DNA of 64,000 nucleotides. It comes from Lytechinus pictus. Its lineage: Eukaryota. Under the pieces are notes generated by a model. It was given only the letters and a program-made list of their open reading frames with translations, had not been told where the DNA came from and did not search any database. Shown here in pieces: positions 49,301 to 61,300 of this stretch. The translations under genes were made by a program, and so were the position numbers. The first letter of the stretch is position 1. Each line of letters opens with the position of its first letter. Where the stretch lies: positions 13,580,001-13,644,000 of the forward strand of contig NC_087245.1 in the NCBI RefSeq assembly GCF_037042905.1, in the 5' to 3' direction.

Positions 49301-52300
49301 ATACCTTTTGCCTCCGAAACCCTGATCTTAGACCTCTCACATTCAAAGACAAAAACTTCATGCTCGTTTCTTTAAAACCCATAGCAAGGTATCATATCTG
49401 TAACTTTGATATACATGTACCAATCCACAAACACATACATGTAACCGTGCATCCCACATGTACATGTACTTATGACAGGTGTCAGATGTATTGCTTTGGC
49501 TTGCACCTGTAACATATAGAAGCCTAAATATAACTTTCCACTGTTGCAAACACCATTCCTAAGTACCGTTACTATAAAGACTAATGTAAATTTCAAAATT
49601 GTACATTGAGCAACTGCCCTAACAGTAGTTGTTTTCCAACACTTGGAATTTGTTTTGCTTTCAGCTGACGCAAGAGAACTATAAAAAGAACATCTTTGGC
49701 AAAGGCAAACTATGTACATAGAAACAATATACAAAGAAAATTTAAATGTGTAACACTTGTACACGAACAAATACATTGATAAATGTGAAAAAATTAAGAC
49801 ACGTCTGACTGATCGAATGCTAGACATGAGGAACATGTCAAAGACATGAAACCTTAAAGGAGCTAACAAACCCACCCTTTAACATGTTTACAAAATTCAC
49901 GAATATTACTGGAGGGAGAAACCACAATGGTCAATGTGGCAGAAAAAAAAATAAAAAATTCTATTCAATGCAGTATATAGGGCAAATAAATATCAGTATA
50001 AAAACAACTGATCAAAAGTTGTGTGTTCATTTCCAATGTCAATAGCACTTTGTGTTCAATAAAATAAATGAACTTGAATTTTGTTCTCTGTAATTGTAAA
50101 CGAAATGAAGATCGAGAATGCAAGACCGCTATTCTTTATGTATTTCCCATTTCTGGGTTCCTTTTTCTCTGTAGAAGAGGACCACTTTCGCTCTAACAAC
50201 CGTTATTTTAGTAGACAGCTTCTTTTCTTTTCTCAACTTGTATGCAACTTTGGCCAACTCACTGCGTGTTGCCTTCAGTGCTGGAGGCAAGTCTGTTCTC
50301 ACTGTAAGCCTAGATGTTTCTTGTGTAACAGGTGGGTATCTCCATTCGACTCCTGTGGTGTTTCCAGTCGAAGCATCTGTGGCGACTCTCTTCTTGTAAG
50401 CTCGCTCTTCGAACGCAGCTAAGACTCGATTACGTTGTGACATATAGACAAACTTGGCTATGATAGGATGGGGGACACCTTCTTGTGAGTGGCGTTGGGG
50501 TAGCCTATGCACATTGATAAGGCAAACGGCCTCCGCTTCCTCTTTGCTCAAACCAAGTAGAGTAAAAACATGGCGAATCACGACATAGACATTTTCTCCT
50601 TGCTCCATTTTGACCCCGTAGAATAAGAGATTATTCTTCCTCTGGTATATCTCTGATTCGATGAGCTTTGTACGAAGTTGATCAACCTCCTTCCTTAGGT
50701 CGCTTTCAATCTGAGGAAGCTTCTCTTTCTCGATAATATCGACCTTCGATGCATTAAAATCAACTGCTGCTTCTAAGTCATCCACTTTCGTCTTGATCTG
50801 ATCCAAATTGTGTTGTAAACCATCTAATTTTGCACAGACTCTAACTTCAGATTCCCGTATAGAGCGCATAACATCTGCGAGCGTGAATGCACTCTCCGGT
50901 TCACCCGTGCCCTCCGGCGTTGGTGTACTGGTTTGTGCCGTTGACGTTGACGGTGTAGATTGTTTGGTGCGTTGGCCCTCGGACCAACGCACCTCGGACC
51001 AACGTTCCGTATGAACCAAATCACTCTGAGAATTAAAAGAGTGAACCATGACCCCTTGACAAATAGAGCTTTGCTTCTGAAGAACCGTGTGTATAGCGTA
51101 TTCTGTATGAACGAATTCAAAAAGATAATGGTATTTGAAAAACTGAGCAATATCGGGACCAGATTTCCGCCGCCTGTCCAACTGAGGAGTCTCTAGGTTG
51201 CATGTCATTGCACCGCTCCCGTCTCTTAACATAATTTTTACGCGTTCTTAAAGTCAGATTTTTTTTTAAATGTATAAGAATATGCACAATAAAGTTATTT
51301 AATTCTATTATATTTTGGATTCGTCCTGATGGAAATACAAAACAATCCAAATCCAACCCTCATCAGGTAATTTCCTTATGAAATAGAAAGATGCTTATTT
51401 TATAAACCAAAATTTGTTATAGAATTTTATCATGATAATTATGGTTCTTGTATTTCTTATGATAAAAACCAATTTGAAATATTTTTGCTGCATGATGCAG
51501 AATCTCCCAAAATGGCAATTTCCTTGTGTGTAAAGATCGATACAAATGTGACGTCATTCGAACTTTGGCAACTTTGGAGGCAGGGTAGATAATCGCCTCA
51601 CATAATTTACCCTTCAGAGCTGAAACAGACGTGTTGTGTTGCCACTGCTCATTCGGCCAGGTGGAGGCCTATGACTATTGCATGAAAATATGTATTTTCT
51701 TCGTATCAATAGAAAGACACGTCGAAGAGTTGAAAAGATATTTCACGCTCTACGAGTTCAACAATATATGCCCTTCTCTCTGTGAACCACACGGTTCGGG
51801 CGGTGAGGTATACCACGCCCTACGTAATTACTCCTCGCATGTAGACTATAACAAATCTATAATTTCTATAAGTCACATAAAGTTTTGGGAGATTAAAAAA
51901 ACTTAAATGCAAAAAAAAAAAAATATCCAGACCAAGAAAAGTTACACAAGTGACATGGTTTAACAACTGATTGGGCACATAAATAACACCTCATTGTAAT
52001 ATTAAGAAACCATTTAATTATAAAGCTCGGTGCTTGTTAACCTGTTAATCTACAAAATTTCATTTATGAGAAACGATGGTTTCTTCTAACATGTCTGGAA
52101 GCTATCAAGGACCAACCTGACATGCTGGTTAAACATAAAAAACATATTAGGATATACATGTATATACACGTTATTCTTTTTTCTCGACTGCATGTGAATA
52201 GGCCTATATTATTATTTATGTTTTGCTCAGGCCTCCATGAATTCCTGTGCTAAAATTTTTTGTTGATATGTGACACTAGTATACTATTATTTTCGAACAT

Positions 52301-55300
52301 AAACTATTGTATTTTTTTGTTATTTTCTATAGAATCGTACTGTCGTAAAGAAGTCACTGAACAGTTGTGATAATTTGTTTTCAGATTACCCTTCTCATGT
52401 CTACGAGGGAACTGGGGCCGATTGCACGAAAGGGTCTTTCCAAGGACCGTCTTTCCGTGTAGTCGCCCATCTTTTATGATGCGCTGTGGGATATTTCTTA
52501 AATTTCTGATAAACAAAACAAAAAATAAATCGTTAGGTAGCTTCAAAATAAACACAATTTCACGAGATTCCACATCACTATATATTTTTTTTTAACTTTA
52601 ACGGACAACTACAGTTTGCAGGCAGGTCTAATTTATTGGAAATGTCGCATCATTAAATCGGCGACACGAACCGGGGACACGAAAGACGGTTCTTGCAAAG
52701 ACACTTAGCGCAATCGACCCATTGCTACCACAAACATGACAAATCATTTTTTGGGGTACAGTTGTCATTGATTTATATATTTAAAAAAAATGGTGATCAT
52801 TAGGATCAAAGCTTCAATAAACAATAAAATGTTGGAATACAAATTGAAATTAATCTCCTCTTGCTATTAAATAATCTAGCAAGATTTCATTATCTTGCAT
52901 GTCGGATCAATTTGTCATCATCAACTATACCCCGGGCAACTACATGTACCCTCTACATCTGCATGAAGACAATGAATTTTTTTTTTATAACGACTGCATG
53001 ATACTCAAGTCATGTTGGATTAATCATCCACATGTCTTTTTTCTATACATTTGTTTGTGCTTTTTAAATTTTACTATATTTTTATGCATATCATTTCTGG
53101 GATGACGCCCTCCGTGAGATACCAATCCATATAGCGCTTCATAAGAAAAACTACATGTACATAGCTTATCATACATGTAGACATTGTCGACTGTCGTCTG
53201 GTAATGCCAATGATTTCTGGAAATATACCGCCTACCGGTGATTATTAATTTCTTTAGATCATAGCCGCACTTTATTGTTTGGGCAACGGTTTGGGGAACA
53301 TTTTGATCCTATATGTCGGTTTTAGGATATATATACATGTACGCCATATTTCTATCAAATTTGTTCAGAATACGCTGCTTAATTGCCTGGCTTGGACTTG
53401 GTCCCTGCAGCTGCACGGCTGCAGGTCAGGACTCGGGAGTCAGGACAGGTGCAGGTCTCTTACTCACACTCCACGACAACACTGCGGCGCCGCGCTGCAC
53501 TCGGATAGCCTAGGCCTAGCCGTTAGCCGTAGATCTAGACCTAACGAATGTTAAAACGAAAAATCAGTCTAACGTTGTCATTATTTCGGTCAGAGGCTGA
53601 AGCTTTCGGTCTTGATCTTCCCTTCAAACATTTTTCTCAACCTCGAGAATTAGTTCATCATTCCATCATTTTTCTACTTAAAGAATGTCATGTGTGATGT
53701 ATTTGATTGATTTATAATATAATAGATTCTAACATTAGGCCTAAAATTCATATTATTTTTCATATTTTGCCTTTTTTTGGGGGGGTTGACCTTTGTATGC
53801 GCTATGACATTTCTTGTTTTAACACCTAAGTATCTATTACTAGTATTATCATCATCATCATTATTTTTATCATTAATTTATGGATTTGATTATTTGACTA
53901 TCTATTCTAGTAAGTTAAAGTAAATGCTGAGTTTCTATATTACATTACAATTACATGTTCATGTGGCTTTATGCCTGACCATATGGGGGGATCCCTCTTT
54001 CTCTCAGAAATGTCATTAAAAATGTATTAACATTATAATATTTAGAGCTGGGTAGATCTGCATACTACCTGTATCTGTATATGGAAGTCTTTTTAATATA
54101 TGAATTAACGGTTCTTTTACATTGCAATGCATCATTCATAGTATTAAATTCTAATACAGCAGTGGCTGTGGTTATTGGAAAAAAGGTGATAAAGAATGCA
54201 GTTCTAATTATTTTTTAAATCAATTTAACAACACTTAATCATACAATTTTCTTGTTGAAATGGAAGTAATATATTTTTTTCTGATTTTATGTAATTTTAC
54301 GATGTGGTTATTTGTGACTGCTATTAAAATAGCAATAATGAGCAAGGTACAAGATGATTTCCAAAAATAGAATTTGGTCCCAAAATGAATTTCAATCAAA
54401 ATTCAAAGAACCATACTCTTTTCTATTGGGTTTCTCTTGAGTCTGTTTAACTCTGTTACTCATTTCTACATATTATTTGCCTTGACTGTTAATTTTCTTC
54501 TTTCTTTTTTGTTTTAAATTTACAGTGTTTCATCCAAAGAGTTCATTCACAAACTGGTAAGTTGTTTGCATGATAATTACAATAAAAAATACAAATTATA
54601 TGGTTTTGTAGAATTCAAATTCAATCGTTATTGATATATACATGTAGGGAGAAAGTAAAGGTATTGACAGGGGTATTATACCAGATCGTTGCTAGGTTTT
54701 TTTTTTATATCATTTTTTCTGATAAATTTGCTACTTTCATGACAAACTTGCATTTTAGACCCTACATTGACTTATCATATTAATTCCCATAAATTATTAT
54801 TTTCTAGACTGGTAGTTTTAAAATTTTAATCATGAAACAACTACATAATGTTCTACTAATCAATGTAGGGGAATATTATTAAAAGGGAAAGTTCATCCTG
54901 ACAAAAAAATTATTATAAAAATAGAAAAAATAATAAATATTGTTGAAGGTGTGAGGAAAATACATCATAGAATAAAACAGATATTGGGATTATATATATT
55001 ATTTTATTTGTGACGTCTTATGCGAGTATCTTCCCTACATATTGTATGGTTAAAAAATCAATGAAATGTCATATTCTCGGAAAATTGAAAATGTTTTTTA
55101 TTCTACTTTCAGTTTATAAACAGACAAATCATTTCACACCCGGCCCTGAAAGAAATTTAAAAAATGAGTCAAGAACCATTAAAAATGTGAATTTATGCAT
55201 TTTGTATGACATAAGTTGGCTGCTCGCGTATGACGTCACAGATCAAAAACTTCAATTTCTAATATCTTTTGATGGATTTTCCTCAAACCTTCACCAATAT

Positions 55301-58300
55301 TTTTAAATATTTTTTATGAGGGTGAACTTCCCCTTTACATGTAAGAAGAGCCCCCCCAAAAAATAAAATATGCATATACATGTATAACAATATTAATTGA
55401 ACATCAACACCCTTAACAACTAAGAAAAGATGGAAGAAATGTATTGGATAGGTTGCAAGCAGATTTTGAGATTATTTTCTCACCAGAAGAGATATTTCAA
55501 TCATTGGTACAATTGAATCATTGGTATTGTTTTGTGTCGTTTTCATATAATGGCTGAAGCTTTTCAATAGTGCTTCCTGTGGGATAGGAGTTGGACTTGT
55601 ATTTTGAAACTGTCTTGTTTTTATATTCAGGTATCAAAATGAGCTTCCTTTTCAATCTAAAGATTATTAAGCAATCTCTTTGATATACACGTATTGTAGA
55701 TGTACATGTAGTAGTGCATCTTTTGTTGATGCTAGTGTAACAAGTACATAGGGTGTCATATCAATGCACTGTTGAACTTTGAGGATAAAGTTTATTCTAT
55801 GTGTGTTTAACACCAAGTTAGATTTCAATGTCATTTTAAAATAAAAACCTGTGGCTTAGGTTATCATTTATAGTATGAATAGTGGATGATTTCATTACTT
55901 CTCTTTTCTACCCACAGATCTAGCAGTCGACAGTGTTCTCATAACAAAATTAATGGGTCTTCCTCTCGTGGAACAACAAGAAAAGACTTTAACAGTGGGT
56001 ATTATGGTTGGGACTACAAATGTACCAGCAGTCAATGGCATAGAAGTTCCTCATCCTGGCCCTTTCCAATTTAACTACACATTGGCTTCGGGTTCCAATG
56101 CTTCAAATGCTGTTGAGCTTGTTCAGATATCGAGTAGATTGCTAACGGCAAGGCCACTGTCACCTGGAGAGCTGTTTCCATATAAAATAGATGGTAATTA
56201 GTTTCTAATTTAGACCTCTGGATACCATGTCTTGCTTCTAGGCCCGTTTCGGGTACATGTGTACATGCCCGGTCAAGTCAGTGCACGTGTACTGAATTCC
56301 ATGACCTGTACACGGTAGCATCTGTATAAACCTTGTGTTGGAGTTGTAAACAAGTCAACAGTTATATAATTGAACACAATTCTATTACCATGCTCACAGC
56401 CTCACATTAATTCTAAGTTCTCAGATACTGCAGAAGTTTTAGTCACTAAAATTCCACTTTCATACCCACCCTTGAAGTTCTGTATTTTAGCCAGAAGCCA
56501 CAGCACTCACATTATTTTAATGAATGAAATCTGTCTTCGGCCGGCCCTGGGCACAGGCAGCATGCACTAAGTTTACTTACGATGCAGTGATGTTATGCTT
56601 GATAAAACAATGAGCTACAAGCTTTTTGCCGCACCTTTTCGTAGTAACTACTACTTGATGTATATTTCCCTAAAATGAAACCTATTACTTTATTACACCT
56701 CCTGCATGGACTGAAATCATTCCTCCACTCTGTACAAGGAATCTTTCCCTAAAATTGATTGTTGATAATGATATTTACCCTTTATTAACAATTTTAATCT
56801 ATATGTAGGTTTATGAATGATTGAAGTTTTGAAAATAATCAGAATCTAGTAATCAACAGCATGGTGCACTTGTAACAAAATTAGAATCAATATATTAAAA
56901 TCATAAGCCTGGTTTATAGAGGAATAATACATTGAGTTGTTTAATTCTCATCCTTTTTGTCTTTGTGTTTTCTTTACAGATTTGAGGGTCTCCCTATCAA
57001 ATTATGGTTGTGATGAAATCTCTCTGCTCTGTGTGGAAATTATTTCTGAACAGCCGTTGTTGACATTGACTGGATCACCTAAAGGTTGTATTCAGATCAC
57101 ATGTAGAGGTAAGTTGTATTATTATTTTTTATTTATTTATTTTTTTGTGGATAGGCAGATGGGGTCCTTACAGGCAGAAATTAAGTTATTTTTTAGGAAC
57201 AAGATCCTTTGCAAATTGCAACCCCCTTTTTTTGCTTGTAAAAAACAAACATAACTTTGGTCTCTATCTTGCTCTTGAGCTCAAGAGTTTCTCATTTCAA
57301 TCATTAGGTGGGAAATAATTTCAGATTGTCCAATCTTTATTGTAGTACAGTATCAGACTATATGGTCTTACAGATACTGTGACGTAATACGTTCAAAATG
57401 ATGATGTATCAGAATAATAGGTCCCTCACAGGTTTGGTGATATGGTAAGCTGTCTGCATCTACAGGTGAAGAAATAAAATAAGTCCACATATGTTCTACT
57501 ACACTACACTACTACTAAAAATCGGACGCATCTGAGAATGAATCAACAATGGTACGCCAGGCTTCGCGATCTGACATATGTTCTAAGTCTCCTCCAAAAA
57601 GATGGATTTCAGTTTTCTACTATTAGACATTCTATTGATCTTTCACTGACGACTTCTAGTATCCTCAAAGATACGTAATAAGCAGCTCTAAATTAGAAAA
57701 CAGATGAGAAGGTTCTTTTTTAGGATGAAGCTGATATACTTATCATTTTCCCCCCATCGTCCATAGCATGCCATCACACCATAAAGCTGAGCATAAAACA
57801 GAGTTAAAAGTGATGGATGTGATGATTGATGCAGTATTATGTATACATTCTGAAGCTAAACTTCTGAAACTCTGAAATATATCCTCACAGAACATATAGT
57901 ATGAATAAATCTTACCATGTATTTACTGATGTTGAAAAGCAGAAGGATTTTTGGAAATGCAATGTTGATAGATTTTATGCAAATCCTGAGATGTTTTCTT
58001 GTATTTTACGTGTAGGAGTGGTAATAACGTATGTGGATCCAGTAGAACTTCAAACATCAACATTGAATCAAGGAGTACCAAACAACAATGTCAGGTTAAC
58101 GGTTAGCTTTGAGTCGGACCCAAATTATGCTTCCGTTTCAGGTAATTTGAATGTCTTATTCTTCAAATTGGGAACCGGAGGTTTTTTTTTTACTGTTATT
58201 ATGTAAGATTTCATAAATAATTTATATTATTTGCCTGGATAGTGTTTTCGTTGCACTGCTAATGGAGGGCTGTAGAATTTGTTTTTTTCTCTAATAATTT

Positions 58301-61300
58301 CTGAAGCATCGAGCAAAATATACTGATGCAGTGTATATCAGCACATTGTATATTATAAAGACTTTTGACAAATGTTTGTGTGTTAAATATAGTATTTAGG
58401 GTTGTGCATCATTGGGCTCAAACATGGTCGGTAAGCCTGAAAGAAATGGATGAGGTATGCTCTTATCTGTATTTCTTAGTTTTTATTAAAGATTACTCTT
58501 ATTTATCATAATGGATAAATTGGAAAATGATTTTCCATTGACTGTTTGCTTGATGATAAGCAATGCATGTACACATATTTTCAGAAAAATATTATTCCAG
58601 ATTTACTTGAAATGTTTGTAAGTTCCTTTACTATTTCAAAAATCCAAACGTTTATATTATTATTCAAGTAAAGTTGGAATCCTATGGACTATTTCTTGTA
58701 AGTTTAGTAAAAAAAAGTCACTTTAATCATGTATTTTCCTTTGCTTATTTGTAGAGGTCTGTACTAGAAGTCACGAAATGCCACATCTTTGAAGAAATCT
58801 TGGTAGTCTTACATGTACCATGATTTTTAATGAATAATTCTTCAACAAACCTGGCAGTGAATAGGTGCAAAGAAACTGATAAGATAAAAATTGATAATTG
58901 AATTAATTATACATGTATAGTGTAGTTGTACTTCTACATAAAACCATGTACAATTGAAACAATTGCTTGCATATTTATAAAGTAGATTCATTAGTTAAAG
59001 TGTTTCATTTGAGTGGTATTCACTCAGATTGGTGGTTTTTATTTTTATTGTTAAAGGGGAATATCTGTGGGACCCCAATGTGTTTGGGAATGGTAACCAG
59101 TTTGGCACTAAAAATCCCAGGGTTGATGGAATGACCACATTGACTGCTGTATCTAACTATGGTATCAACAGTATGGCAACATCTGTATGGCCAGAGGTAT
59201 GTTCATTAATATTGTTTATCTTGACCATTGGGGAGCTTTTCTGGAATTTTGATGAATTGTCTTCTATCTTCAAATTGGCAACTGTCTGATTTAAAAGAAT
59301 GATATATTGTAACTTGATTTTCATGCAATTATATCATAATTCACTTATTTTATTTTATTAATTTATTTTCACTTATTGAAAATTGAATATGATTGTAATT
59401 GTTATTGGACAGGGCCTATCCATAGATGGGCATGGATATAGTGATCATGTATTGTTAAATATGTTGCCAATCTGAAGAATTGAATGATTAATTACGACTT
59501 AATGCTTAAATTTGAGAATGGTACATTATGTAGGTTTGGAAATGGACTCAGGAGTTAAAGTGGATTTTCCTCTTTCTGCTTATGCATGATTTGAAGTACT
59601 GCACATTCTGATTGGTCCTTGATCAGTGTTATGAATAGTGTGCATACAACACTGATCTCGATTGGTCATTTAGCAATTGATTGCTAAACCTTTGCATTTA
59701 TAGCACCCTGCTAATTTACCAATGATATATTTAATATTTTACAGTTGGGAGTCATGATTGATCTCTCCGACTATGGGTGTCCTGAGGCTCGTTTTATCTG
59801 TGTGAATCCTCGAAGGAACAGCTCCAGCACAGTGCAGTTTTCATTGAGTTTCATTCCAATGTCTGCCCAGTATGGATGTGCAGAGGTTGAATGCGCTGGT
59901 AAGATTATCAGGGTTTGAAGGGAATCACGTAAAAAGTGAGGGAATTGGGGTAAAAGGAGAGATTTTTTTAAAATGTGACAGAAGACAAAGAGGACCAAGG
60001 TTCCTTGTGTCATCTTCCCAAACGTGAATGTTCTCTGATGATATTTTGAAAGGTGTACACTTTGAACAATAGTGTGTCGGCTTGGTAGCTACCTGTAATC
60101 AGCCAAGAACCAACAGCTCAAACTGTCCAACTTGCATTATGTATGTGCTGCTGATTGCCCAACTAGCATGCCCATAAATTCACTTTATCTGCACACTCAT
60201 ATAGTGAGGTGTCACAAAAAAACTTCTTTTATTGAACGACCTTATTCTTCCTTGGTAGTGGTCATGCATCAGATTTTGAGTAATCTGAAGTTCTTAAAAT
60301 CACTATGTTTTGTATGAATTCACAAATGACTTGATACTTCATCTTTCCTTCTGTTATGTCTTCAAAGGCTTTGTAATATGTGCTTGAAAGTAATTAAATA
60401 CATGTATGGCTCATGCAAGATTTCTCTTAAACCCCTGCTTAAACTAGCCCTGGGTGCATGACATGTGATCAGTTTGGAATTCCACTTTGTATGTCATCAT
60501 CTCACATGATTGGTGATTTTAAGGAGTTATTTTTTTTCTTTGTGAAATAAAAAAATTACTCTGAACTTTTCTGACCTGAAAGGAGTGGTGTGCTTGGCTA
60601 TTTCAATCTACACACCAGCAATGAAGTAGTAAAAACGAATACTTCTCATGTACATGTAGCTATAGTATAGATCTACACATTTTTCCAAGGAAATATATAA
60701 ATATAAATACATTTTCAGTGAAAGATGGAATTTATGGTAGACTTTACCTTAGAATGTAATATTTTTTTCATTAATTCTTACTGTACTGCTTTGCAACCCT
60801 CGATACTTGTATTCATTATATATCTAGTCATGTGAACAAGATGTATTGTTCTGCTTCCTATGGTTTATACAAGTTTGGAAAGCGTAGGCATTATCTTGAT
60901 CAGGACACCACAGCAAGACTTGTTCTTGCATTTGTAATGAGCCATATTGATAATTGTAATGGCCTATTGTCTGGTTTGTCCGACGTACAGATCAGTAGAC
61001 TGCAGCGAATCCAGAATTCTGCTGCAAGGGTTGTCACTAAAACACACTCTCGAGAATCAGTTTCTCCTACACTTAATTGGTAACCAGTGAAATATAGATT
61101 GATTTTCAAACTTCTTGTAATTGCTTTTAAATGTCAGCATAAAGTGGCCCCTTCACACATTGTACTTACAACAGCTTCTCAATGAGTATCACCCCGTTAG
61201 GCAACTACGTTCAAGTAACAGAAAGATGTTCTTCACCCTAAATTTCATATGGACAAAGAGCATTTCAATATTCAGTCCCTCAACTATGACATCAACTTCG

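Larger units (their letters stand above)
45358..51004 (-). mobile_element. L1/Tx1-group non-LTR retrotransposon (ORF1, ~750-bp spacer, ORF2, 3'UTR, poly(A)); probably 5'-truncated; antisense in intron 1 of the secreted-protein gene
   Basis: 17-nt T run at 45358-45374 (poly(A) on the - strand), with AATAAA (- strand, 45386-45391) just upstream. Two open ORFs. Flanking direct repeats at 44864-45362 and 51005-51486. Confidence 0.95.

Noticed and set aside
44864..51486. The direct repeats read as LTRs of an LTR retrotransposon
   Set aside because: No TG...CA termini, no short outer TSD, and no protease or integrase. The interior is APE-RT with a poly(A) tail, i.e. a non-LTR element.
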